Shown here piece after piece: positions 37,070 to 48,333 of a stretch of DNA of 64,000 nt. The stretch comes from Brevinematales bacterium (GTDB lineage Bacteria; Spirochaetota; Brevinematia; Brevinematales; GWF1-51-8). The stretch's first letter is position 1, and each line of letters starts with the position of its first letter. The translations under genes were made by a program, and so were the position numbers. The stretch lies in NCBI GenBank assembly GCA_013177895.1, contig JABLXV010000004.1, positions 2,496-66,495 on the forward strand, given 5' to 3'. The notes below the pieces were generated by a model. The model was not told where the DNA came from. It made no database searches and saw nothing but the letters and a program-made list of their open reading frames with translations.

Positions 37070-37408
37070 ATGAAGATATTTCTGACAGTATTTGCCGTAT
37101 TCGCCGGAACTTTTCTGCTTTCATGCGGGAATACCGACAACAGTAACAAGCCCGCGACAAACTCGGTGAGCGTACCGATGAACGGGATGCATATGAACGG
37201 CACCAATATGCCGAATGCCGTCGTAACGACTAACGGGACGAACGCGGCGCTTTTAATCTGCCCTGTCTCCGGCGATACTATCGCTCCCGGTCAGGGTATC
37301 GTTTACCAGCAGAACGGGTATGAATTCACTCTTTGCTGTGCGGCGTGCGTAGGCAGTATTAAAAAGGATTTTGAAAAGTACAAATCGAAAGGAAAGAAGA
37401 TTCAATAA
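37070..37408 (+). CDS. Small lipoprotein with a Met-rich segment and a C-terminal TRASH/YHS-like Cys motif (candidate periplasmic metallochaperone)
   Basis: ATG immediately follows the pump stop codon (TAG ATG). Lipobox FLLSCGN. Met-rich SVPMNGMHMNGTNMPN. CPVSGDTI...YQQNGYEFTLCCAAC gives a C-x24-C-x3-C pattern close to the TRASH/YHS consensus. Confidence 0.6.
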   Translation: MKIFLTVFAVFAGTFLLSCGNTDNSNKPATNSVSVPMNGMHMNGTNMPNAVVTTNGTNAALLICPVSGDTIAPGQGIVYQQNGYEFTLCCAACVGSIKKDFEKYKSKGKKIQ

Positions 37409-37414
37409 GAAATC

Positions 37415-37437
37415 GGCCGTCCGATGGGCGGCCTTTT
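37415..37437. terminator. Bidirectional-position hairpin terminator between convergent operons
   Basis: GGCCGTCC-GAT-GGGCGGCC (37415-37433), followed by TTTT. Lies 6 nt after the + strand stop and directly abuts the minus-strand stop at 37436. Confidence 0.7.
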
Positions 37438-37840
37438 AATTCACAGTGAGTTTCCATGCGCCGTCGATTTTTATCAGAAGCGCGGTATTGCTCTGTATAG
37501 TCGTACCGTCCTTAAAATATAAACTGTACAGCACATTGGCGGTGTTCCCGTCGTTAAATTTCTTGATAATCTCCACCCTCTCCACGCTTCCCATTCGTGT
37601 GGCAACCACCCATATTTTCCCGAGTTTTACTATCCCGTTCAGCGGATTTTTCGAATCGGCGGAATTATAAATAAAACAATTGGTCAGCGCGAAGAAATCC
37701 TCGTTGGTTTTCCATGAATATACTTTTTTCAGGGTGAGTGTCGCCGCATCATCGGAGACTCCTCTTTCGCCGCACCCGATAACCATATGTAATAATGCAG
37801 TCGAAAGGATTATCAGCAAGACGCTCCATGCCCTACGCAT
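37436..37840 (-). CDS. Lipoprotein, DUF4878-like (NTF2-like fold) family
   Basis: I start at ATG 37840 (MRRAWSVLLIILSTALLHMVIGCGE, a lipobox) with a GGGAGGG RBS, overlapping the upstream gene by 8 nt. ORF-track start is 37918. The C-terminal pattern GNTANVLYSLYFKDG...LLIKIDGAWKL recalls DUF4878. Confidence 0.55.
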   Translation of the reverse strand: MRRAWSVLLIILSTALLHMVIGCGERGVSDDAATLTLKKVYSWKTNEDFFALTNCFIYNSADSKNPLNGIVKLGKIWVVATRMGSVERVEIIKKFNDGNTANVLYSLYFKDGTTIQSNTALLIKIDGAWKLTVN

Positions 37841-39305
37841 TTTTCCCTCCCGGTAACGAGCGAAGGATTTGTTCGCATTTATAAATATAATACCCCGACA
37901 CATCCCCGGAATCAACACCGGCGAGTTTTTCCCTGATAAACACAGTCCCCTTCAATTCGGAGTCTTCCTTATCCAGTTCTTTTATCAACCCCGCGAGTAT
38001 CGCACGCGCCTTATCCCGTATCTCCGGTAGGATAACCCGGTATAAATCCTTCGCATCGCATTTCATACCTGTACTCCCGGCGGTTTCCAACGAGACCGGC
38101 ATGAGCATACTGAAACGTACTCCGCCTTCGATATATCCGCAGCCCGCGAACATTTCCCCGGCGAGACGGCGCAGCAGTTGCAAATGCCGGTTCGTGGTTT
38201 TCCCGTCGTCTATCAGGATGTCCTTTCTATTACGGAATGACTGCGTAAAAGTATCGAAAGTTTGTATTCTGGTGATGCTTTTTTTTCGGCGGAGCTCCGA
38301 AAGTGCGTTATTGCCGCTGTGACTCCCGTATCGTTCTGAATAACAGAGGTCGAACCCGCAGAATACGGGCTTACGGCTGAAGAGCCGGTCCGCGAGAAGC
38401 CCCGCGTCGATAGTCACCGACGGGGAATCGTTCCTATAGGACGGTTCTGTCATCTGCGCGTCCAAGTCGTATAACACGACCGGATTCGGGATAGCCGAGA
38501 TAAGCGCGCTATTAGCATACACGCTCGCGAATACCGGTGTGTGCGCTGGAATTCCCCGAAAGTGCAGAATATTCGCGGGGCCCGCGTCGCTCAGCACGAC
38601 CAAATCCGGGGTAATCCCGCCCGACAGCAAAGTCCGCGCGGCGGACAGCACCGATATAATAAAATACTTATCCCGGAAGCGCGATATTTCGTCGAGCCGG
38701 TCGTTCAGGGACGGCCCCGCCGCGATGACGAGCGGTACGCTATCCGTCTGTTTCGCGGGGATATCGGAAATAATATATCGATTCTGATTGTTAACAAGTG
38801 ACGAAATATTGCGGAAATAATTGATGAACCAGACTTTGGAGAAATAGGCTTCGACTTTGAGGTTTTCCACCGCGAGCGCGAGGGAGTTTCTGAACCCAGC
38901 CTCGAACAGTTTATACTCGCCGGGATAGGCGCGGTCGAACGCGGGAAGCGACAGCATCTCGGGACGCTGCCCCGCCGCGAGCGAGGCTTCCATCCAAATC
39001 GTGAGTTTATCTATCGGAACATCGCCGTAGAAATCGATGCCGAGCGCGTCGAGCGCGGGCGCGGAGTTTTCGAAAAGCATCCGTTCCGGTTCGATGACGA
39101 TTATCCGTCCGGGGAGTACCCCCATTTTTACAAGCTCATGGGGAATCATCCCAAGCGCGCTCCCGAAAACAAAAAACGCCGATTCCGGTCGAATCCCCGA
39201 CAGCGCGCGTTCGATTTCCTTCTCAGGGTCGTACCTTGAAAGAAGATAATTTCCGTCCTTACAGATAGTCGGCGTTCCGTTTTTCGCCGGTACAATCTCA
39301 GTCAC
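37833..39305 (-). CDS. DUF115 / 6-hydroxymethylpterin diphosphokinase MptE-like domain protein (motility-accessory-factor-like)
   Basis: 490 aa. N-terminal LLSRYDPEKEIERAL and central VIAAGPSLNDRL...LSAARTLLSGGITPDLVVLSDAG match the MptE-like/Maf (DUF115) pattern. GTG start 12 nt after the upstream radical SAM stop. Confidence 0.65.
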   Translation of the reverse strand: MTEIVPAKNGTPTICKDGNYLLSRYDPEKEIERALSGIRPESAFFVFGSALGMIPHELVKMGVLPGRIIVIEPERMLFENSAPALDALGIDFYGDVPIDKLTIWMEASLAAGQRPEMLSLPAFDRAYPGEYKLFEAGFRNSLALAVENLKVEAYFSKVWFINYFRNISSLVNNQNRYIISDIPAKQTDSVPLVIAAGPSLNDRLDEISRFRDKYFIISVLSAARTLLSGGITPDLVVLSDAGPANILHFRGIPAHTPVFASVYANSALISAIPNPVVLYDLDAQMTEPSYRNDSPSVTIDAGLLADRLFSRKPVFCGFDLCYSERYGSHSGNNALSELRRKKSITRIQTFDTFTQSFRNRKDILIDDGKTTNRHLQLLRRLAGEMFAGCGYIEGGVRFSMLMPVSLETAGSTGMKCDAKDLYRVILPEIRDKARAILAGLIKELDKEDSELKGTVFIREKLAGVDSGDVSGYYIYKCEQILRSLPGGKNA

Positions 39306-39317
39306 ACGATACCCCGT

Positions 39318-40325
39318 TTATAAAATAAATTTCGCCGCCGTACCGCACTGACCGCAGGACGTCTTACCGCCCTCGTTCTTCAATCCTACGACATGGGTGG
39401 AAAATCCCATCCGCTTTACCAGAAGATTCCCGCAGACCGGGCAATAACTGTTGCTGTCCGCGAGCACATTACCGACATAGATATATTCCAGATGTTCCTT
39501 CGCGAGATTGAACACCTCGCCCAGCAAATCCACGTCGGTGGAGGGTTTCTCGTAATGGTAGTGCGGGAAGTAGCGGGAGATATGGAACGGTATCGATTTA
39601 TCGACCGACGCGATCCATCTGACAAGCGACTCGATCTCGACCATATTGTCGTTATAGTCCGGGATAACGAGCGTCGTCAGTTCGATATGCGTACCATAGT
39701 CATGGCATCGCCGTATCGTGTCCAGCACCGGCTGGAGTCTCCCGCCGAGGCTTTTATAGTTCTCGTCGGAGAATGCCTTCAGGTCGATATTCGCCGCGTC
39801 CATCAACGGCAGTACTTCCTCGAGCGGCTCCTTCTCGATATAACCGTTCGTTACCCATATATTTTTCAGCCCCGCGTCCTTCATCAGTTTCGACACGTCG
39901 ATGACATATTCCGCCCATATCGACGGTTCCGAATAAGTGTAGGCGATGCCGAACGACTCGCTGTCCTTCACCGCGCTCACAATCTGCGCGGGCGTCATGC
40001 GGTTCAACTGCATAAATTCCCCGTCGTCGTAGTAGCGCGACAGGTGATGGTTCTGGCAGAATTGGCAGCGCAGGTTGCACCCGACAGTGCCGATAGAGAG
40101 GATCATTTTCCCGGGATGGTAATGATAGAGGGGCTTTTTCTCGATAGGGTCGAGCGCGACGGCGGAAACCAGTTCATAGTTCAGGCTGTCGAGCACACCG
40201 TTCTCGTTCGCGCGCGCCCCGCAGACGCCGCGTTTCCCGTCAGCGATATGACAATGCTGGGGACAGAGCAGGCAATCGACCGTGCCGTCGCTATTGCTTC
40301 TTCCAAACCTCGCCGGATGGTTCAT
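39318..40325 (-). CDS. amrS: AmmeMemoRadiSam system radical SAM enzyme
   Basis: VDCLLCPQHCHIADGKRGVCGARANENGVL, DPIEKKPLYHYHPG and GTVGCNLRCQFCQNHHLS (CxxxCxxC) are the characteristic N-terminal layout of this PFL-activase-like family. C-terminal Cys cluster CPVCG...CGQCG. Confidence 0.85.
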   Translation of the reverse strand: MNHPARFGRSNSDGTVDCLLCPQHCHIADGKRGVCGARANENGVLDSLNYELVSAVALDPIEKKPLYHYHPGKMILSIGTVGCNLRCQFCQNHHLSRYYDDGEFMQLNRMTPAQIVSAVKDSESFGIAYTYSEPSIWAEYVIDVSKLMKDAGLKNIWVTNGYIEKEPLEEVLPLMDAANIDLKAFSDENYKSLGGRLQPVLDTIRRCHDYGTHIELTTLVIPDYNDNMVEIESLVRWIASVDKSIPFHISRYFPHYHYEKPSTDVDLLGEVFNLAKEHLEYIYVGNVLADSNSYCPVCGNLLVKRMGFSTHVVGLKNEGGKTSCGQCGTAAKFIL

Positions 40326-40523
40326 CCTCCCCTCCTTTCTAAATTATATTACATTATAGGAAACATTTCAAAGAACCGGCGGGTTTTTAGTATCGCATAA
40401 TTTTCAGGTTTTCCTGTCACTGCGAACCACGGGGTGAAGCAGTCCGTCATTTAAACAGATTGTTTCTACCGCGCGAAAAGTATTTATTGCAGCGTAACAT
40501 CGCAACGACTATATCGTTTGTCG

Positions 40524-43224
<2,701 letters not shown>

Positions 43225-43251
43225 GACCGTCTCCTTTAGTTATTGGACATT

Positions 43252-43279
43252 ATTATAGTTAAGCCGCGGCGGGTGTCAA
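43252..43279 (-). promoter_or_regulatory. Near-consensus sigma70-type promoter for the CpXC-ligA operon
   Basis: Minus strand: TTGACA (43279-43274), 16-nt spacer, TATAAT (43257-43252), about 25 nt upstream of the GTG start. Confidence 0.5.
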
Positions 43280-43372
43280 ACTTTTTTCGATTCGGCATAG
43301 TAATGATTAAGGTTGATTTGGGCGTAGCCGTTCGGGAGAAAATTCCCATCCGGCGTTTAAAAATCCCCGGTA

Positions 43373-45307
43373 TTAGCCTGCTTCGGTCATAGAAATCCCT
43401 ACCGCGCTTTCCTCGCGTGATTCCAGTCTGAATAGCGATATCAGTTCGTTCAGCTGATTCGCAACCTTCAGATTGGCCTCGATGATACTCCGCATCCCGT
43501 CGATACTCCCGATAACAAAGTCGGAGTTTTTCCGGGTCGCTTCTTTTTCTTCCATCGCGATACTTTTTATCTGTCCGAAAACATCCTTCATAACATTGTT
43601 GGATTCGCGAAAATGTTCGGAAGCGTTCCTGATTTCATCGGTAATTTTTTCCAGCCGCGAGGTTGTGGATAAGACATCGTTCAGCGAACCTGTCTGATTT
43701 TCCATAGTATCGGCAATTTCCGTATTCACCGCGCGGTTATTATCAACTTCGCGGTGGATATTCAGAAATCCCTCGCGGGAGGCTTTCATCCGGTCGAGGG
43801 CGTGATTGACTTTTTTCATAATATCGCTTAATATCCGGGAAATCGACGCCGCGTTTCGTGAGGAGTTTTCCGCGAGCTTCCGCATCTCCTGCGCGACTAT
43901 CGCAAACCCGCGCCCGCTTTCCCCGGCATGAGACGCCTCGATCGCGGCGTTCATAGCAAGCATCCCCGTTTCCTCGGCGATCTCGTCGATCACCCCGGTG
44001 ATCTCGCTGATCTCCTGCGAGGAGGTCTCGATTGCCTGGATACTTCCGAGGGTTTCATCGATCAGACGTCCGCCTTCCTCGGCGACAGTAAACAGTTTTT
44101 CAGAAATCCCGCTCGCAGAACGGGTCTTTTCGGACAGCCCCTGTATGTTCTTCGTGATCGATTCGATTACCCTCGAGTTATCCCGCACTACGTTCGACTG
44201 CTGACCGATGATCTCCACGACGGAATTCAGCTTGATGGAATTATCGTTAATATTTTTCCCGGCGTCGTCCGCGGTAGCCGTCTGGGTGACCGTATAACGG
44301 TTGAGTTCGTCGTTGTAACTCTGGATTCTTTCGGCGAGCTCGGAAAGAGAACCTTCGATTTCCCCGGCGGACGCGGCAATTTCACCCGACGTACTCCTCG
44401 CGGAACCGATGATAGACTGAAAACTGTCCCGCAGTTGTTGCAGAGATTCCCTGAGCTCGGCAAACTCATCGAGACTGTAAACATCTACCTTTTGCGTCAA
44501 ATCCTGCTGCGAAACCCGTCTCAGGAAGTTGATCGTCTTTTCCACATTCTCTGAAAGTATATCCGTGTTTTTCACGATGATTATGAACAAGGGAATCAGA
44601 AAGAAAATCGATATAATGGATAGTTTCGTTAATAACGATTCGGGAGTATCGTAACCCATCCCGCCGATTATGATGCTGAATAGCGCGAATAACAGCATAA
44701 CTACCGTACCGATATAAATCACGAGGGAACGATTCCTGATCCGGTAAAACTGCCCCTTCATACTGAGATAACGGGCGATCTTCTTCTCGATAAAAACAAG
44801 CTGCATAAAATAAAACATCACACATGCGATAATACCGCCAATCCAGTGAAGGATATGCAGGATATCGACAGGGGTATTAGTGAAAAGCAATTTCTCAAAA
44901 TCGGTGATCCATGCCGTAGAAAGAATAACGGAATAGAGAATAAAATAGCCGAATATTTTCTTGGGATTCTCCCGCGTCTTCCGACTCCCGAGCGTTTTCC
45001 AGATGATATAGCTGAATAACAGAAAATAGAAACCGGCGCGCCATGCCCAGACCGCGACAAAGGACTGGAGCCCGATATCACCGAAGTCCAGCTTTAATAG
45101 CGCATTATAATAGTGCGGATTGACAAACAGATTGTGAGTAAACCCGTAGATCACACAGTTGATGAAGCCGATGATATTATACTGAAAAACGATATGGGAT
45201 AATTGACGGTCGGAGTGCTTTTTGAGATAGATGAGAAACGAAACATACAAAACTATCGAAATCCCGCCGATTACCAGAAGGACATAGAGTAATTCCAGAT
45301 TATGCAT
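43373..45307 (-). CDS. Methyl-accepting chemotaxis protein with a polytopic (~7-8 TM) N-terminal membrane domain
   Basis: C-terminal signalling domain with [32 protein letters not shown], and a HAMP-like linker. The N-terminal ~270 aa are almost entirely hydrophobic helices. Start uncertain: ATG 45307 has GGGG 6 nt upstream; alternatives are ATG 45313 and TTG 45370 (ORF track). Confidence 0.88.
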   Translation of the reverse strand: MHNLELLYVLLVIGGISIVLYVSFLIYLKKHSDRQLSHIVFQYNIIGFINCVIYGFTHNLFVNPHYYNALLKLDFGDIGLQSFVAVWAWRAGFYFLLFSYIIWKTLGSRKTRENPKKIFGYFILYSVILSTAWITDFEKLLFTNTPVDILHILHWIGGIIACVMFYFMQLVFIEKKIARYLSMKGQFYRIRNRSLVIYIGTVVMLLFALFSIIIGGMGYDTPESLLTKLSIISIFFLIPLFIIIVKNTDILSENVEKTINFLRRVSQQDLTQKVDVYSLDEFAELRESLQQLRDSFQSIIGSARSTSGEIAASAGEIEGSLSELAERIQSYNDELNRYTVTQTATADDAGKNINDNSIKLNSVVEIIGQQSNVVRDNSRVIESITKNIQGLSEKTRSASGISEKLFTVAEEGGRLIDETLGSIQAIETSSQEISEITGVIDEIAEETGMLAMNAAIEASHAGESGRGFAIVAQEMRKLAENSSRNAASISRILSDIMKKVNHALDRMKASREGFLNIHREVDNNRAVNTEIADTMENQTGSLNDVLSTTSRLEKITDEIRNASEHFRESNNVMKDVFGQIKSIAMEEKEATRKNSDFVIGSIDGMRSIIEANLKVANQLNELISLFRLESREESAVGISMTEAG

Positions 45308-45374
45308 TTTCATCCCCAATTTGTTGGTATATTCTATAACAACTCTTTGTATTTCACAAATATTTAGCAATGGG

Positions 45375-45785
45375 TTATAATGTTCCTCTTCTGGAAAATG
45401 CCGGCTTCCCGATGATGAAACTCAGTATCAAAAATCCCAACCCTACCCATATTAATATGATGATTCCCATAGCTAAATAACTATTTTTCATCATGGGGGC
45501 GGTCTCCGCCCTCGCGCGGCATTCATCCATTACATCCTTCGGGATAAGACTTACTGTAAGTACGATCATCCCCGGGAGAAGTATCAGATCGTCGAGAAGC
45601 CCCAGGACAGGGATAAAATCGGGTATTAGGTCGATAGGGCTGAGTGCGTAACCAGCCGTCAATCCCGCAAGCACTTTCGCAACCCACGGCGTTCCCGGAT
45701 GCTTCAGCGCAAAGTAGAGAGCGGTGACGTCGCGTTTTATCGCCGCCGCGCGTGCTTTCAGCCCCCTGAATAAACTGCCCTTCAT
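45375..45785 (-). CDS. DUF1232 (YkvA-family) membrane protein
   Basis: [25 protein letters not shown] is the signature of DUF1232, followed by a C-terminal TM helix. Confidence 0.8.
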   Translation of the reverse strand: MKGSLFRGLKARAAAIKRDVTALYFALKHPGTPWVAKVLAGLTAGYALSPIDLIPDFIPVLGLLDDLILLPGMIVLTVSLIPKDVMDECRARAETAPMMKNSYLAMGIIILIWVGLGFLILSFIIGKPAFSRRGTL

Positions 45786-46004
45786 ATCAGTATCCCTGAT
45801 TTTACGAATTTGAAATATTATAACGAAATCATTCTAAAAAGTAACACTTTTCGACGGGTGAATTGTTACAGTTACTTAGTGAAAAAATCAACTTCATTTT
45901 ATTGACAAAGCGCGTCTAAACTTAAATAATATGTGTTCTTCTAAATAGCGATGACATGTACAGGAAGATAACTCAGCTCCAAAAGCAGCGATACAGTGGG
46001 ATTC

Positions 46005-46033
46005 TTGTATATTTTACGTAAAATGCAATAAAT
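46005..46033 (+). promoter_or_regulatory. Candidate promoter for the ABC/LolA-like operon, with a perfect 14-bp palindrome filling the spacer
   Basis: TTGTAT (46005-46010), 17-nt spacer, ATAAAT (46028-46033). The spacer contains ATTTTACGTAAAAT (46011-46024), a perfect palindrome. An alternative promoter is TTGACA (45902-45907), 17 nt, AATAAT (45925-45930). Confidence 0.3.
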
Positions 46034-46105
46034 GAAAGTTTTAACCGTTATATAGGATAACCGGAATCATTCGAAAAACCAACCATCTTATAAGAGGAGA
46101 AGACC

Positions 46106-46780
46106 ATGAGTTTAATCAGCCTGCGTAACGTAAAAAAGGATTACCCGTTGGGTAAAACCGTCGTCCACGCGTTAAGAGGGATCAATATCCATGTCGAGCG
46201 CGGCGCTCTGATGTCGATAGTCGGCCCGTCGGGAAGCGGAAAGACGACGGCGCTGAATATTATCGGGTGTATCGATAACGCGTCGGACGGGTCAGTCCAA
46301 ATCGGCGACGTCGAAATTACGCGGTTGAACGACCAACAGTTGACCGACCTTCGCCTGTTTAAGATTGGGTTTATTTTCCAGACGTTCAACCTGATACCGG
46401 TATTGAACGTTCTCGAAAACGTAGAATTCCCTCTTCTGCTGATGAACAGGATGTCGAAGCAGGAACGTAAAATGCGCTGCGATAAGTTTATTTCCGAGGT
46501 CGGTATCAAGGAATATATCGATCATCGTCCGGCAGAATTGTCCGGCGGACAGCGCCAGAGAGTCGCTATCGCGCGCGCGCTGGTGACCCAGCCTGAAATC
46601 GTCCTTGCAGACGAACCTACCGCCAACCTCGACTCCGTAACGGGCGATATGATCCTTCAGCTCATGCAGGACCTTAACAGGATTGAGAATACCACGTTTA
46701 TCTTCTCTACCCATGATCCTGATGTCCTGAAATACGCGAAAGATGTAGTCAAGATTAAAGACGGCCTCGTGGTCGGGTAG
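46106..46780 (+). CDS. ABC transporter ATP-binding protein, MacB/LolD-type
   Basis: Walker [11 protein letters not shown]-loop FIFQTFNL, signature [15 protein letters not shown], Walker [13 protein letters not shown]. 224 aa. AGGAG RBS. Confidence 0.93.
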   Translation: MSLISLRNVKKDYPLGKTVVHALRGINIHVERGALMSIVGPSGSGKTTALNIIGCIDNASDGSVQIGDVEITRLNDQQLTDLRLFKIGFIFQTFNLIPVLNVLENVEFPLLLMNRMSKQERKMRCDKFISEVGIKEYIDHRPAELSGGQRQRVAIARALVTQPEIVLADEPTANLDSVTGDMILQLMQDLNRIENTTFIFSTHDPDVLKYAKDVVKIKDGLVVG

Positions 46781-46789
46781 GAGCGTATA

Positions 46790-48322
46790 ATGAGCATTCT
46801 AATAAAAATATCCCAGCGGAACCTTTTGCGTCACCGCGGGAAAAGTTTCGTAATCGGGTTGATTATTTTCCTCGGCGCGTTCTTTATGACCGTGGGTAAC
46901 GCCATTGTCAACGGGATGAACAAGGGCCTCGAGGAAAATATGGTGCAGCGTTTTCTGGGGAATCTCGTCATTGTGTCGACGAACCAGATCGACGATAACA
47001 TCCTGACCGGTATGCCTAAGCCTAAGAAGGTGATTACCGGCTACTTCAAGGTCAGAGATTTAATTGTGAGCAATGATGCTATCGAGCAGTATTTCCCGAT
47101 GGGTTTCGGGTACTCAATCGTTTTCAACCCGGAAGGCGACCATCCGCTTTATGTGATGTCATTCGGGATCGATTTTCAGGCCTATCAGAAAATGTTTCAT
47201 TCGAATATTTTTATGATAGAAGGAACTCTCCCCACCAACGGCCAGAAAGGAATTATTGTGAACAACCTGTCGCGGGATCAGTTCTACGAAAACGGCGGGT
47301 TCTGGACGCTGCCTCAGGGGCAGCCTGTGGTAATCTCAAATCTGTCCGCTAAAGCGTTGTCCAATACGAATAAACTGATTACCAAGAACGAACTGATTCT
47401 CCAGGGCGCGAACGCCGATGGGGGATCGCTCGACCTTGGGGTTAAGGTATCGGGAATTTTTAAATTCCAGACGATGAACGATGTATGGTCTGTGATTAAC
47501 TTCATCGATATCGAGACATTCCGCGAAACGTTCGGCTATACCACTGAATCGGACGCAAAGATCGTATTGAACCCGGAGCAAAAATCGCTCCTCAACGCAA
47601 ACGAGGACGATATCAATTCGATGTTCAGCGACGAATCCATGTTCGAATCGGCTGATATAGTCAGTAAAAAATACGACATTAACGATATTAAAAAGCAGAC
47701 AAAAAAAAGCGATACCAATGCCGCTAAGACGGATCCCGGTTCCTACAATATTATCTGCGTCAAACTGAAAAACGGAGCCGATACCGCTCAAACGGTTAAA
47801 AAGCTCAACGAGGAATTCAAGACCAACGGGATGGACGCCCGCGCGATACCGTGGGATAAAGCCTCGGGCCAGATCGGAATGTTCGCCAATATTTTCAGGA
47901 TGGGCATCAACGGTTTCGTGACGTTCCTGTTCTTCGTGGCGATCATCATCATTATGAACACCCTGAGCATGGCGGCGTTGGAACGTATCTCCGAGATCGG
48001 TATGATGCGCGCCGTCGGCGCAAGGAAAAGTTTCATCGGGGGAATGTTCCTCTATGAAACATTTATCCTCGCGTTCGTGTTCGGGACCGCGGGTATGCTG
48101 ATCGGCACGCTTTTCCAGCGTCTGCTCCGTTTAGCGCAGTTTAAAGCTGATAATAATATGATGGAAATCATGTTCGGGGGCGACTACTTCCAGCCGTTTC
48201 TCGATCCGGGCACCGTCCTGCTATGTATCATTCAGCTTCTGTTCGTGACGGGTTTATCGATCATATACCCGATTATTGTCGCGCGTAAAATCACCCCGCT
48301 CGACGCTATTTCGAGAAACTAA
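46790..48322 (+). CDS. FtsX-family ABC permease with a large periplasmic domain (MacB/LolC-E-like), paralog 1
   Basis: 510 aa. TM1 FVIGLIIFLGAFFMTVGNAIV, a ~330-aa periplasmic domain, then 3 TMs with the FtsX hallmark ERISEIGMMRAVGARKSFI. Confidence 0.85.
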   Translation: MSILIKISQRNLLRHRGKSFVIGLIIFLGAFFMTVGNAIVNGMNKGLEENMVQRFLGNLVIVSTNQIDDNILTGMPKPKKVITGYFKVRDLIVSNDAIEQYFPMGFGYSIVFNPEGDHPLYVMSFGIDFQAYQKMFHSNIFMIEGTLPTNGQKGIIVNNLSRDQFYENGGFWTLPQGQPVVISNLSAKALSNTNKLITKNELILQGANADGGSLDLGVKVSGIFKFQTMNDVWSVINFIDIETFRETFGYTTESDAKIVLNPEQKSLLNANEDDINSMFSDESMFESADIVSKKYDINDIKKQTKKSDTNAAKTDPGSYNIICVKLKNGADTAQTVKKLNEEFKTNGMDARAIPWDKASGQIGMFANIFRMGINGFVTFLFFVAIIIIMNTLSMAALERISEIGMMRAVGARKSFIGGMFLYETFILAFVFGTAGMLIGTLFQRLLRLAQFKADNNMMEIMFGGDYFQPFLDPGTVLLCIIQLLFVTGLSIIYPIIVARKITPLDAISRN

Positions 48323-48333
48323 GGAGGAACCAC

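Noticed and set aside
39393-40400. 335-aa plus-strand ORF exactly mirroring the amrS gene. Similar long antisense ORFs occur at 25730..26632, 6707..7669, 15831..16382, 41736..42254 and 49453..50322.
   Set aside because: Each is antisense to a gene with strong family motifs. The translations are Arg/Asp/His-rich and low in information, with no RBS or signal features. This is the typical shadow-ORF artefact of codon-biased, mid-GC coding sequence.
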